In this document: positions 45,388 to 55,624 of the stretch, in pieces | Position numbering within the stretch: the stretch's first letter is position 1 | How the letters are laid out: every line of letters begins with the position of its first letter | Source of the DNA: Minisyncoccota bacterium | GTDB lineage: Bacteria; Patescibacteriota; Minisyncoccia; UBA6257; XYB1-36-10 | NCBI GenBank assembly: GCA_041651415.1 | Contig: JBAZJH010000002.1 | Location: 20,474-84,473 of the forward strand | Reading direction: 5' to 3' | Length of the DNA: 64,000 nucleotides | Notes under the pieces: generated by a model | What the model saw: only the letters and a program-made list of their open reading frames with translations | Told to the model about the DNA's origin: nothing | Databases searched by the model: none | Translations under genes and position numbers: made by a program

Positions 45388-45781
45388 TTTGATTTTTTTC
45401 TTTTTTATTGCCGGCAGCTTCTTTTTTATCTTCCCCTTTTTTAGAGGCGATTTCTGTCGCTTTTTTCAGAACCGGATTATTAGAGAGAGAAATGGCGATA
45501 ATAACAGTGACGGTTTTGACCGGCAAGAGATTGATAAAAGGGATAAATTCAATAAGACCTCCCGCCAGAAACCAAGCGCCTCTCGCTCCTTTTATTATAA
45601 GCCAGAGGTAAACAAAACCAAAAATAAAAGTATTGATAAGCCAAGTGAAAACAACAGACAAAGGGGCGACGGGCGGAACCAAACTAAAAGCATAAGAAAG
45701 AAGCTCGGCAGTGTCGGCAAAAAGGCAGATGAGAATTAAAATAATGCTTTCAGGAAGGGAAAACTTTTTTTGTTCATCCAT
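45371..45781 (-). CDS. T4SS-operon polytopic small membrane protein
   Basis: 136 aa; overlaps its neighbours by 8-17 nt (translational coupling). Confidence 0.5.
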   Translation of the reverse strand: MDEQKKFSLPESIILILICLFADTAELLSYAFSLVPPVAPLSVVFTWLINTFIFGFVYLWLIIKGARGAWFLAGGLIEFIPFINLLPVKTVTVIIAISLSNNPVLKKATEIASKKGEDKKEAAGNKKEKNQNEKNS

Positions 45782-47495
45782 TTTTATCCTTATTTAAAAT
45801 CTCTTCAGGGTTAGTGGTGATAATCTGATGTTCAAAAAAAGAAGCGACAATTTCAACGGCCACATGCTTTAAACCGGCAAAGAAAAGACCATTGCCGACT
45901 TCAGTTTCCACCAGGAAATTCTTTTCCGTTTCGGAAAGAGCAAAAATTTTTGAGAGTATTTCAGCGGAAGTGTTGGACTGTTTTAGAAGAAGCTGGAGAG
46001 AGGAATTGGTGACAATAGGGCGACCAAAAGAAGAGTTTAGAAAATCCTCGACATCTTGAGTGATAGTCGTGATGCCAAGAAAATATTTTCTGGCTCTTTT
46101 AACAAGGCCGAAAAGGAAGCTCGCGGAAGCTTCGTGTTTCATCATAATCCAAGCTTCATCAATAAAGACAAGGCGTTTTTTGAATTCGGAGCGGATAAGA
46201 TTCCAAATAAAACTCAAAACAATATGCATGGCGATGGGGCGAAGCTCTTCTTCCAAATCACGAATAGAAAAAACAACCAAGCGATTTTTGACATTGATAT
46301 TGGTCGGTTTGTTAACAAAGCCGGCAAAGCTGCCGCTCGTGTAACGATAAAGCTTGGCGGCCAGGTCTTTTCCGCCATCCATATTGTTCAGAACAGCTTC
46401 CAAGTCGCTTAAAAGAGGCGCGGGAGCGAAAGAAAAATCTTTTTCAGGAGTGATTTCTCTGGAAGCATAAGTTTCAGTAATAGCTTTATCGAGAAGAGAT
46501 TCTTCGGAAGGAGTGATATCGCCCACCATCAATTTTATCAAAGTGGCGAGATTAACAATGTGGGATTTAAGAGTTTCAGCCGCATCTTCGTCCTCAGGAA
46601 CAGCAGGAACATCAAAAGGATTAATATTGTCTTCGGAAGTCAAAGAAATTTTTATATGAGAACCGCCGACGGCTTCGGCAAGATTTTCATATTCATTTTC
46701 CGGGTCAATAACTAAGACATCGGAGCCAACCATTAAGGAACGGAGAATTTCCATTTTGGCAAAATAAGATTTTCCGGAACCGGATTTGGCAAAAATAACC
46801 ATATTGGCGTTTTCGAGAGAAAAGCGGTCAAAAATAACAAGAGTGTTATTGTGTTTGTTGATGCCATAAAGGATTCCTTTATCGGAAGTTAAGTCGGTTG
46901 AAATAAAAGGAAAGAAGGAAGAAATAGGAGAAGAATTAAGCGGAACATTAACTTTGAGCTCGTCGTTTTCCAAAGGAAGAACGGAGAAGAAAGCTTCAGT
47001 TTGCTGAAAAGTCGCCGGTTTGGTGTAAATGAGTTTGCTTTCAAGAAGAAGATTGATTTCTTTTTCAAGGTCATTCAGTTCTTCGACGGTTTTTCCGTAA
47101 AAAGCGATATAAATTCCAACATTAAAGAGCTTTTCCCGCGCTTGTTGGAGAGCATCGCGAAGAGTTTCGACATCCTGATAAGCGGTTTCAAGAGCCGGGT
47201 CGCGAACCATCCCCTTTTCTTCATATTCGTTTATCTGCGCTTCCACGCGAGCGGCTTTTTTTCTAAGATTTTTCAAAGCGATGCCAGTGTCAACGGGATG
47301 AATAAAAATAGAAATATCGACAAGGCGAGGAAGATTGATGATAGGCAAAAACCAATCGCTTGTTATATAACGAGGATAAGAAAGGATAAAAATAGTCCGA
47401 AGAAAATTATTGCCAATTTTGACGTGATTAGGAGAAAGCTCCACAGCCGAAGGAGCAATGACATCTTTTATTTCTTTAAATTTTTCTTGGTCCAT
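45774..47495 (-). CDS. virB4: VirB4/TrbE/PrgJ-family T4SS ATPase, C-terminal part (residues equivalent to ~230-800)
   Basis: Walker A FAKSGSGKSY, Walker B LVFIDEAW, and the RTIFILSYPRYITSDWF block that follows the N-domain in VirB4; its ATG lies in an open frame that continues upstream. Confidence 0.85.
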   Translation of the reverse strand: MDQEKFKEIKDVIAPSAVELSPNHVKIGNNFLRTIFILSYPRYITSDWFLPIINLPRLVDISIFIHPVDTGIALKNLRKKAARVEAQINEYEEKGMVRDPALETAYQDVETLRDALQQAREKLFNVGIYIAFYGKTVEELNDLEKEINLLLESKLIYTKPATFQQTEAFFSVLPLENDELKVNVPLNSSPISSFFPFISTDLTSDKGILYGINKHNNTLVIFDRFSLENANMVIFAKSGSGKSYFAKMEILRSLMVGSDVLVIDPENEYENLAEAVGGSHIKISLTSEDNINPFDVPAVPEDEDAAETLKSHIVNLATLIKLMVGDITPSEESLLDKAITETYASREITPEKDFSFAPAPLLSDLEAVLNNMDGGKDLAAKLYRYTSGSFAGFVNKPTNINVKNRLVVFSIRDLEEELRPIAMHIVLSFIWNLIRSEFKKRLVFIDEAWIMMKHEASASFLFGLVKRARKYFLGITTITQDVEDFLNSSFGRPIVTNSSLQLLLKQSNTSAEILSKIFALSETEKNFLVETEVGNGLFFAGLKHVAVEIVASFFEHQIITTNPEEILNKDKNG

Positions 47496-47515
47496 ATATG
47501 TTAAAAAATAAAAAA

Positions 47516-48211
47516 CTAAACTGAAGAAGGAGACTGGCTGGCAATACTCAAATTCTGCTTTTCGATAGTTTCAGGATTATAAAAATTATAGAAAAGTTCA
47601 AGAAGTTCTTCATTATTCAAAGCAACAGCCCGAAGGCCGATACTTTGAATGCCATCGATAACCTGGTCGCTTCTTTGTTTAAGCTGGCGGAAATTTATTT
47701 TTTTATTTTGGTCCAAACTAAGTTTTGCTTTAGCCGCCGCTTCTTTTTTATTGCCCCAAAAATTAAGTTTGGACAAAAAACCTCCGGCAGGAACAAGATA
47801 AACAGGATTGAAAGGAACGACGACTAAAAACATTTTGTTCATAATATCGTTTTCTTTTACAAAAGTTTTGATAAATTCCTTATATTCAAAAATTTGATTT
47901 TTAAGAAGCTCGTTTTGTTCAACCTTCTCAAGGTTTTCAATGTTTTTGATATAGTTATCAATATTAAATTTTCTGGAATGGACGAGAATCTGGACAGGAA
48001 AATCAAGGGAATTCAAAAAACGCTGGTAGGAGTTTAAAATAACGTTTTTTTCCTCCTCCGACATCAAGTCAAGATTGACGCCAGAAACCATAATAATCTG
48101 GCGGAGACCGCCATCTTTAAGGACAACAACATCTTCTTCAATGTTTTCTATCTTGATAAAATCCTGAGTGGAAGGAGCAGCTTTTGCCATACAATTATTA
48201 TAAAGCACCAA
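47516..48211 (-). CDS. virB4: VirB4 N-terminal domain, encoded separately (frameshifted/split virB4)
   Basis: EDVVVLKDGGLRQIIMVSGVNLDLMSEEEK...FPVQILVHSRK aligns to the VirB4 N-terminal domain (DHIVLLEDGSIMSI..GVAFE...HVSIYAHLVRH); stops 19 nt upstream of the next ATG, in a different frame, with no RBS between. Confidence 0.72.
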   Translation of the reverse strand: MVLYNNCMAKAAPSTQDFIKIENIEEDVVVLKDGGLRQIIMVSGVNLDLMSEEEKNVILNSYQRFLNSLDFPVQILVHSRKFNIDNYIKNIENLEKVEQNELLKNQIFEYKEFIKTFVKENDIMNKMFLVVVPFNPVYLVPAGGFLSKLNFWGNKKEAAAKAKLSLDQNKKINFRQLKQRSDQVIDGIQSIGLRAVALNNEELLELFYNFYNPETIEKQNLSIASQSPSSV

Positions 48212-48291
48212 ATAACAAACACCAAATAAATTACAAAAAACAATGAAGCTTTACGGCCTTACGAACCAACAAACAGCCGCTAAAGTTATCG

Positions 48292-48891
48292 TTAGCGATA
48301 ATCAACACGTTTAGCGGCGACTCTTTCACCGGTGAATTTTTCGATAATGGAATACTGGTCTTTTTTGCGGCGGCGGAAGAAAGAAAAATCTCTTTCGCGG
48401 TCGGTGATAACATTTTTAGTAGTCATCATTTTTTCAGACAAGTCTTTTAAACTGGAACCGGTCGTGATGGGAGAAGCTTCTAATTCCGGTTTTTTGGTGA
48501 TAATGATTTTGGGAGCCGGAATTTTAGCTTGAGGAAGAGGAGCGGCTCTTCTTTCAAAAGAAGGAATTTTTATTTTAGAGACTTTATCTTCCAAATCGGC
48601 CGGAGCGAAAATTTCGTGGCGCCACATAATAACGCGCGGGTTCCAATAAAACTCGAGAGCGGAAACAATAACAAGAGGAAGAGAGCGGCCGCTGATTTTC
48701 AGAAAAGCCAGCCCGGCGGCAGAAGCCCAGAAAAAAACAGCGATAACCAGCCAAAGCCAGAAATTAAGCAGATAAAAAAGTCCCAAACTTATTCCAAAAG
48801 CGGCGGCAAAATAAAAAAATTGCTTTAAAGTAAGCGGACCGACTATTTTGTCTTCGGTGTCTATAAATTGAGGTACCTGAAAAGTGGCCAC
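48292..48891 (-). CDS. PrgI/VirB3-like small membrane protein
   Basis: N-terminus VPQFIDTEDKIVGPLTLKQFFYFAAAFGISLGL matches the PrgI-family signature (VPKDl...fGLTlRQ); two TM helices; immediately upstream of virB4, as in Gram-positive T4SS. Confidence 0.5.
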   Translation of the reverse strand: MATFQVPQFIDTEDKIVGPLTLKQFFYFAAAFGISLGLFYLLNFWLWLVIAVFFWASAAGLAFLKISGRSLPLVIVSALEFYWNPRVIMWRHEIFAPADLEDKVSKIKIPSFERRAAPLPQAKIPAPKIIITKKPELEASPITTGSSLKDLSEKMMTTKNVITDRERDFSFFRRRKKDQYSIIEKFTGERVAAKRVDYR

Positions 48892-48974
48892 AATAAAAAA
48901 GTTAAAAGTTTATAAAGTTAAAAGGACTATGAGTAAATTATAACCCAAAAACAGAAAAAATTTATTTTTTTGTT

Positions 48975-50102
48975 TTATCCTCGAAAATCAACAATATTGC
49001 CTTTTAAGGAAGGACCGGAAGGAGGAACCAATTTTTCCTTAGAAGGAGGCGCGGGCGGAGGAAGAGGTTTTTCTTCTTTTTTAAGAGGCGTGGGAGCGGG
49101 AATAGAAACAGAACCAACGGAAACGGATTTAATTTTAGAAAAAGGGTCAACGGGACCGGAAGGAAAACCGCTATAATCAATCGCCTGCCTATTTTCTTGT
49201 TCGGTTTTAGCGGTTACAGGAGAAACTATTTTTTCTTTTCTTTCTTCGCGGCGAGTTTTGCCGATTTCAACTCGGGCAACAACCGCTTCTTGTTTTATCT
49301 CTTTAGAGAGAGGAGAAGAACTCATTTCAGGGACAGCCTTTTTTTCAACCATACCGGAACGAAAAACCGGTTCCACTTTCGATTCTTCGTGAATCATAAA
49401 AGGAGAAACGGGACGGATAAAATCTTTTTGAATCGGCGCAATTTTTGAAGAAAGATTATCAGCCAAAGGAGGAGCAATCGGTTTTATAAAAGGAGCGGAA
49501 GGCAAAGGAGAAAACGGAGAAGGTTTGGAAATAATTTGTTCCATAGGTTTTGGAACAGGGAGAGAAGAAGCCGGTTTAGGAGACAAAAAAGGAGAAAGAG
49601 GCGCGGGGGCGGGAGAAATTTGCTTGTTAAAAACAGGAGGGATGGGTTTTAATGACTTATCAAGACCAACAGTTTGAGAAGCATTTTGTTCCGAAAAAAC
49701 GATTTTATTCAAAGGAGAGACAACGGGAACTTTTTTCAGATTGACGACATTTTCCGGAGGAACCGGGGAAGAAGGCATTTTCGACTGGCCGATTTTATCT
49801 ATTTCCCCTTTCAAGCTCGCAAAAATATCACGATTTAAAGTTGCGGAAATTTTTTTGGCGTCTTCTACGGGAACAGGAAGACCGGAGGCAACTTCTTTTT
49901 CCAAATCAGAAAGAGGAATAAAACCCATAGTAACGCGGCCAAAAATTTTTTCCAGGACTGCTGATTGACCTTCATTAAGATTAAAATTCTTTTCCAAATT
50001 ATCTATTTTCTCAAAGATATCATAATCAAAAAGCGCGTCCTGGAGGAGGGAAGGAAGTTTTGCAAGACGTTCGTCTATTTGAATTTTGGAAAGCTTAAGC
50101 AT
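48975..50102 (-). CDS. Proline-rich T4SS-operon protein
   Basis: 375 aa, P/S/K-rich low-complexity middle, no TM helix. Confidence 0.55.
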   Translation of the reverse strand: MLKLSKIQIDERLAKLPSLLQDALFDYDIFEKIDNLEKNFNLNEGQSAVLEKIFGRVTMGFIPLSDLEKEVASGLPVPVEDAKKISATLNRDIFASLKGEIDKIGQSKMPSSPVPPENVVNLKKVPVVSPLNKIVFSEQNASQTVGLDKSLKPIPPVFNKQISPAPAPLSPFLSPKPASSLPVPKPMEQIISKPSPFSPLPSAPFIKPIAPPLADNLSSKIAPIQKDFIRPVSPFMIHEESKVEPVFRSGMVEKKAVPEMSSSPLSKEIKQEAVVARVEIGKTRREERKEKIVSPVTAKTEQENRQAIDYSGFPSGPVDPFSKIKSVSVGSVSIPAPTPLKKEEKPLPPPAPPSKEKLVPPSGPSLKGNIVDFRG

Positions 50103-50108
50103 CTTTCA

Positions 50109-52454
50109 TTATTTTTTTTCTTCTTTTTTTTCTTCGCCTTTTTCTTCTCCTCCTTTCTTCTCTTCTCCAAAATCATCAGAACCAGCAGAGTTTAAAGACT
50201 TTAAAATGTATTTACGAAGTTCCGAATTCACATCTCCACCCTCTTCTCTTTTTTTATTAATAGCATTAAGAACTACTCTATTTTTTGAAAAATCAGAAGT
50301 TTTTATAGAATCCTCAAAATCTTTTGGAGCCAGACCAGAGATAGCTAAAAGAGTTCTATTAGCCATAACGGAACGGTTTTCAGCAGAAGCCTTTTTGACG
50401 ATATTGCTATATTCTTTCGGTTTTAATTTAGAAATAGCGCGATAAGCGGCCTGTTTGCCTCTTTTATTCCACATATCTTCAGTCATCCCCGATTGAAGAC
50501 CTTTTTCCAGAATATCAAACCAAGAGCCTTTTTGAATGTCGGCAGTTTTCATAGTGGATAAAGCTTTAACCAAAGATTCTTCGAAATCAGTAATGACATC
50601 GTTAAGTTCGTCATTTTTCTTTTCATCAACATTTACCAAGTTTTTAATTGATTCCGAAACACTCTTTGCTGTTTCATCTTTTTTATCTTTGGCAAGAGAA
50701 AGGAGAATGTTTGAGGAAGTTATTTTATCGACATCACCGCCGTATTTTTGGAACAAAAGAGGGTCGATATATTCCGGATACTTATCAAGTTTGCCTTTTT
50801 CAGCCAAAAGTTCCTGAAGAGCAGCTTTTTTAACCGGATCGCGCGCCATGCGGGCAGAGGCGGAAATCTGTTCAGGGGAAAGATTCTTTGCTTCTTTTTT
50901 ATAGTTTTCAAAAATAGTGTCGGAAGTTCGTTTTTTGAAACCAAGAACGGTTTTGGCGGTAAGCAAGCCAAGGCGACTGGCTTTTTCGCTTTTTATTTCT
51001 CCTTTTGCCCAGTCTTCCATCCTTTTTCCAACACCGGAACGACCAATAGTTTGACCGTAAGCGAAACGACCAGTGCCAAGAACAGCTTTAGAACGAGTGC
51101 GTCTTAACCAATTAGTGGTTCCATCTTTTACCCAATTTGCCCAACTCATAGTTCCTTTGGCGCCATTAATACCAAATCTATCGGCAACCATCATACTGCC
51201 GAAGAGAAAACCAAGAACGACAATCATATTGCCGATTTGGCCCAAACCATTAACAATCATTATTTTACCGCTTAAAGCAGCTTCCGCGCCGGAGGAAGAA
51301 GCGCCGGAAGAAACGGAGCCGCCAGTCAGCGATTGAATAGAAAGGAAAATAAAAAAACTGGAGACGGGAGCAAAAAAAGTCCAGCGGAGAAAACTATTCC
51401 ACCAAGCGCCGGAATAATTTATTTTCGGGAAAATTCCCGTAAACCAGGCAAGAGGGGCGAGAATAAGAAGGAAAGAAAGAAAAATAAATCTGTAAATAAG
51501 CATAATAGACAAACCAATAAGGAAGATGGCGGAAAAAGCGGTAAAAAGAACGGAAAAAAGAAGAGTGGAAATGCCGACCATAAAAGAAGCAGAAAGGGCG
51601 GAGGCCTTTTGTCCGGCAGATAAAGAAGAAAAATCAACTTCATACAGCTTATTTATATCAAGGAGTTTAGAAAAAGCGGAAGAAATATCAGGCTGACTGA
51701 TAAGAGCATTGTTTAAAAAATAAGCGGTAACAATGCCGGCAAAATCAATCAGAACGCCGCAAATAACAAGAGAAAAATTTATCAGGATAGCAGTTTGAAT
51801 GAATTTAAAAAGCAAGGACTGCATACCATATTGTTTTTGCCGGATAATAGTGGCAAAAGAAATAACGAGGATGCCCAAGACAAAACCAAGGTTGGCAAAA
51901 TCACGGGCGAAAGACCAGCCGTTTTTAATAATGGGCATTTTCATCAGGCGAGAATTCAAACTAAAAGCAAAATCAATCAACCAAGAACCGAAAATAAAAA
52001 CAACGTTCGTGATATAAGAGAGAACATTGAGGAAAAAACCGAAAACACCCTCCATAGCAAAACTAGCAAAACCAGAAATAAAACCTTCGCCAGTATATTC
52101 AGTTTTTAAATCACCACTTTCACTTATTGTATCTTTTCTAGAAACTCCAGAGCCTAAAAGATCATCATCCGTAGAAATTTTTTTTCCTTCAGGATAACTG
52201 TAATAATCATGCCCAGTTGAAATAGCTTCTCCAACACCCGTTGAATAGGAGTAATCCCAAGCATTTTTTTCTTTATTAAAGGTGGCATCTTTTGGAACAC
52301 CAGAAGGACAAGAAGGAAAGGAAGAACAAGTCTGACCATTAGTTGGAGTAGCAGTTTCTTGCGCCAAAACAAAATTGAAGGAAAAAGAAAAAATAACAAA
52401 AAAGAAGGAGAGAAGAGCGGTTTTTTTCCAATTATTTTTTAGCCAAAAAAACAT
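50109..52454 (-). CDS. VirB6/TrbL/ConG-like polytopic membrane protein with a Cys-containing N-terminal ectodomain and a lysine-rich C-terminal tail
   Basis: Signal peptide, ~140-aa extracytoplasmic domain, at least 6 TM helices, then a ~350-aa hydrophilic tail; 781 aa; this layout and operon position match VirB6-like subunits of monoderm T4SS. Confidence 0.55.
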   Translation of the reverse strand: MFFWLKNNWKKTALLSFFFVIFSFSFNFVLAQETATPTNGQTCSSFPSCPSGVPKDATFNKEKNAWDYSYSTGVGEAISTGHDYYSYPEGKKISTDDDLLGSGVSRKDTISESGDLKTEYTGEGFISGFASFAMEGVFGFFLNVLSYITNVVFIFGSWLIDFAFSLNSRLMKMPIIKNGWSFARDFANLGFVLGILVISFATIIRQKQYGMQSLLFKFIQTAILINFSLVICGVLIDFAGIVTAYFLNNALISQPDISSAFSKLLDINKLYEVDFSSLSAGQKASALSASFMVGISTLLFSVLFTAFSAIFLIGLSIMLIYRFIFLSFLLILAPLAWFTGIFPKINYSGAWWNSFLRWTFFAPVSSFFIFLSIQSLTGGSVSSGASSSGAEAALSGKIMIVNGLGQIGNMIVVLGFLFGSMMVADRFGINGAKGTMSWANWVKDGTTNWLRRTRSKAVLGTGRFAYGQTIGRSGVGKRMEDWAKGEIKSEKASRLGLLTAKTVLGFKKRTSDTIFENYKKEAKNLSPEQISASARMARDPVKKAALQELLAEKGKLDKYPEYIDPLLFQKYGGDVDKITSSNILLSLAKDKKDETAKSVSESIKNLVNVDEKKNDELNDVITDFEESLVKALSTMKTADIQKGSWFDILEKGLQSGMTEDMWNKRGKQAAYRAISKLKPKEYSNIVKKASAENRSVMANRTLLAISGLAPKDFEDSIKTSDFSKNRVVLNAINKKREEGGDVNSELRKYILKSLNSAGSDDFGEEKKGGEEKGEEKKEEKK

Positions 52455-52457
52455 TTT

Positions 52458-54851
52458 TTATTTAAGATAGCCGTTAGTTTCTAAGCTGTTTATTTTTGAA
52501 TTAAGAGCGTCAAGATAAGATGTTTTATTTTCAGGATGATTAAAATAAACAAGATTAATTGAAAGACCTAAGAAGTTCTGACTGGCGGAAAAAGGAGCGA
52601 TGGTGGTTTTTATATTTCCGGAAGAAACAATCGTCACAGCTGAACCGCTATCCGTTTTTTGATTAAGATTAATCGGAAGTTTGTTGGTTATATCAAAATT
52701 ATTACCACTTTCACTTCCTAAGCCAGCGGAAAATAAATTCAGAAGTTCCGCTCGTTCTTTTTGAGAATAATCCAAATCGGTTTCAGAAACATCCGTTTTC
52801 CAGATATCGGCGGATTTAGAAAGAAGATTATTTTTAAGAATCGGAAGATTAGAATTTGAAGAATCAACATCTCCCAGATAGAGATAAGCTTTATTTAATT
52901 CAGAGACAACAGCTTCTTTATTCTGCCGAAAAGAAATCTTCCGACTTAAAGATTTACTATCAAGAGAAAGAGAGTTAAAAGAAGAAATCTTTCCACTAAG
53001 AGAAGAAAGATAATTGTCAAAATTATCAGGGTGAAGATAGAAAAAATTAGAAGCAACCGTAGAAGAAAGAGATAAGCCAAGATAATTTCCATAACCGGAA
53101 GTCGTTTTATTAAATGTGTATTTTATTTCATTATTAAAGAAATTGAATCCAGACAGAGAGAGGGAGACTGCGTTCGTATAATAAATTTTCGTTGTTTTTT
53201 GCCTCATTCCCGTGCCGGAAACAGTTTCTTCAAAACAAGAGATATCCTTTGATATGGTCTTATTATCAACTTTTAAACCATTACCAACATTAAGATTTAG
53301 AGGAAGAGTGTTAAGCAAATCAAAATTTTCACTTTCTTCATTAATGGAAGAGTCGCCGGCCAAAAAGAGATTGGAAAGTTCTTCTTTTTGAAGAGAAGAC
53401 GCCAATATTTCAGCCTCAGTTTCCGAGCCGGAAGAAGCGGATATTTCATCATTAAGCTTTTGAAGGATTGTCTGAAGTTTCTTTTTAAGTTCATCCACTT
53501 TTGCTATTTTGACGCTTCTTTCACTTACGGGAAGAAAATAGAAAATATCTTCAGAACATATTTGATTGCTGGAGCCGCCGGTATCTTTATCTTTAACTGA
53601 ATATTTCAAATTAAGGGAAAGATTTATGTCTTCAAGATAAAGAATAGCTCTTTTAACTTCGTTAAAAGAAGAAATTTTATTTTGTTTATAACTGCCAAGC
53701 GAAGAATAAAGAGAATCGTAATTAGAAGAGGAATCAAGAGAAGAGCTCAAATCAAGATTGGTGGTGTTTTCTATTTCTTCTTTGATAAGATCATCGATAC
53801 TTTCCACGTTTTTCGGAACAGAATCATAGGCGGAAGAAAAATCATTATCAGAACTTTCATTAAAAATAATTTCAGAAATATCTTCTAAAGAAACACTACC
53901 AAACTCGCCGAGGGAAAAATTTGCTCCGTCAATATCGCCAATATTAAGAGAAAAAGTACCTAAACTTTCCCCGTTTAAAATACCTTGAGCCACACCCATG
54001 ATTCCGGAGACGCCACTGCCTAAGAGCTTATTAAAAACAGATGAAGAAATAGCACTGACGAAGCTCGCAAAATCATCGGCATTAACAATATAATCAATAT
54101 CAGAAGTAACGGCGCGAGAAAGAGTGTCACCAATAGTTTTGCCGGGAGTAGTACTGACTTCATTAAGACAAAATTCTTCTCCCGCTTCGTTAGTAGCTGT
54201 TTTCAGACATTTTTTTGTGGAAAGAAATCCCCCGCCGGCAAGCGCTTCGTTTTTGGCGGCTTCGGCTTTAGCGACGGCTTTGCGGTCAACTATGTCTTTA
54301 GCAATAAAAGATTTTCCGTAATAATTATTCTCAGGGAAAGTGTTTTTAGAAAAACTTTCCCAGTCAAATTGGCTGTATTGTTCATTATATTTTTCTTCAA
54401 CAGTTTTCTCCTTGGTTTCTGAAACAAAAGAACTGCCGCTTAATTGAGATTTTATAGCCGAGTCAAAACTATTTCCGGAGCTAAAGAAACCGCTTGATTC
54501 AAGACCTTGAATAGCTTCTTTTTTACCCAAAGAGTAATTTTGGTTAAGAAAACTTTCCCAGTTAGTGACAAATTTAGGTTCACTGCCGCCAGCGATGCCT
54601 GTGACCATCTGGCTAACAAGAGCGTCGAGCAAGCTTCGCTTAAGATTTTCGGTGGTAAGTTTAAAGATAAACTCCATAATCATTCTTGCTAAGCTCCCGG
54701 TAGTGGCGCCGGAAGTGATGCCGAGAGGCCCCAAAACGCCCGGATTTGTTTCAAGAGTCGGAACAGCGGCAAAAGAAGAAGCAGGGAGGCAAGAAAATAA
54801 AAATAATAAAACAAGAGAAGCGGCGGAAGATTTATAAAAAAAGTTTTTCAT
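52458..54851 (-). CDS. Large secreted Ser/Asn-rich protein (797 aa), possibly a T4SS-associated surface/adhesin protein
   Basis: Clear signal peptide; low-complexity S/N/D-rich sequence. Confidence 0.58.
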   Translation of the reverse strand: MKNFFYKSSAASLVLLFLFSCLPASSFAAVPTLETNPGVLGPLGITSGATTGSLARMIMEFIFKLTTENLKRSLLDALVSQMVTGIAGGSEPKFVTNWESFLNQNYSLGKKEAIQGLESSGFFSSGNSFDSAIKSQLSGSSFVSETKEKTVEEKYNEQYSQFDWESFSKNTFPENNYYGKSFIAKDIVDRKAVAKAEAAKNEALAGGGFLSTKKCLKTATNEAGEEFCLNEVSTTPGKTIGDTLSRAVTSDIDYIVNADDFASFVSAISSSVFNKLLGSGVSGIMGVAQGILNGESLGTFSLNIGDIDGANFSLGEFGSVSLEDISEIIFNESSDNDFSSAYDSVPKNVESIDDLIKEEIENTTNLDLSSSLDSSSNYDSLYSSLGSYKQNKISSFNEVKRAILYLEDINLSLNLKYSVKDKDTGGSSNQICSEDIFYFLPVSERSVKIAKVDELKKKLQTILQKLNDEISASSGSETEAEILASSLQKEELSNLFLAGDSSINEESENFDLLNTLPLNLNVGNGLKVDNKTISKDISCFEETVSGTGMRQKTTKIYYTNAVSLSLSGFNFFNNEIKYTFNKTTSGYGNYLGLSLSSTVASNFFYLHPDNFDNYLSSLSGKISSFNSLSLDSKSLSRKISFRQNKEAVVSELNKAYLYLGDVDSSNSNLPILKNNLLSKSADIWKTDVSETDLDYSQKERAELLNLFSAGLGSESGNNFDITNKLPINLNQKTDSGSAVTIVSSGNIKTTIAPFSASQNFLGLSINLVYFNHPENKTSYLDALNSKINSLETNGYLK

Positions 54852-54855
54852 AAAA

Positions 54856-55596
54856 TTAGAAAGTGATGTTATTTTTCAGCAAATAATCATTGATAGAATC
54901 TTTCAGCTCCAGGAATTTGGCGTCAAAATATTCATCGGACTTAACAGCAAGAAGAGTCAAAAGCGGGTCTTGTTCATAATTTTGAAGCTGTTTTAAAATA
55001 AGAAGCTTGGCGGAAAGAAGAGAAATCTCTTCTTTATGGAAAGAAACAACGCTTTTAGGAACGGAAAGGGCGTAAAATTCTTTAATCATTTTTTCATAAG
55101 AAAAAATCAGAGAAGCAAGGGCGTTAGAAACCGTGGTTTCAGGGTTGAGACTGTTTACAGAAGAAGAATTATTCATGAGAATTTCCTGAAACCCGGAAAA
55201 ATAAGAGGAGACAGCTTTGACACTAATGTCTTCCGAAATTTTTAAACTGCCGTCTTTAATTTCCGGCTTAATCGATTCCGGATTAAAGTTTTTTAGAGAA
55301 GTTTCAACGGCTTCGTTTATCAATGTTTTATCGGGAAGCTTGATTACGCCGACACCGGAATTTTCAATGTTTTCTTCGGCCACTTTTTGAATAACATTTT
55401 TAGCCAATTCATCGGTAAAATTTCTGGAAGAAGCGGGAGAGTTTGATTCAAAATTACTGATTTTATTCAAGGTTTCGTTTTGCTTCTGTTTTTCCAGATA
55501 ATCGGAGCCGATAATATAAAAAAACAAAAGCGCGGAAAGCCCGATTAAACCAAAAACAAGCGGGCCTAATATTTTTTTGTTGGAAAATAAATTCAT
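54856..55596 (-). CDS. Membrane-anchored T4SS-operon protein (VirB8-like topology)
   Basis: First gene of the operon; one N-terminal TM helix and a ~200-aa extracytoplasmic domain. Confidence 0.52.
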   Translation of the reverse strand: MNLFSNKKILGPLVFGLIGLSALLFFYIIGSDYLEKQKQNETLNKISNFESNSPASSRNFTDELAKNVIQKVAEENIENSGVGVIKLPDKTLINEAVETSLKNFNPESIKPEIKDGSLKISEDISVKAVSSYFSGFQEILMNNSSSVNSLNPETTVSNALASLIFSYEKMIKEFYALSVPKSVVSFHKEEISLLSAKLLILKQLQNYEQDPLLTLLAVKSDEYFDAKFLELKDSINDYLLKNNITF

Positions 55597-55615
55597 TGCC
55601 CAGAAATATAAGGGA

Positions 55616-55624
55616 ATTATATCA
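55616..55624 (-). promoter_or_regulatory. Extended -10 promoter (TGaTATAAT) for the T4SS-like operon
   Basis: Reverse complement reads aaaaaTGaTATAAT, 19 nt before the ATG of 54856..55596; two direct repeats tcattagNaatttttaatt lie just upstream at 55665-55708. Confidence 0.5.

Noticed and set aside
46056-46412. 118-aa and 94-aa plus-strand ORFs
   Set aside because: Antisense to the virB4 ATPase gene
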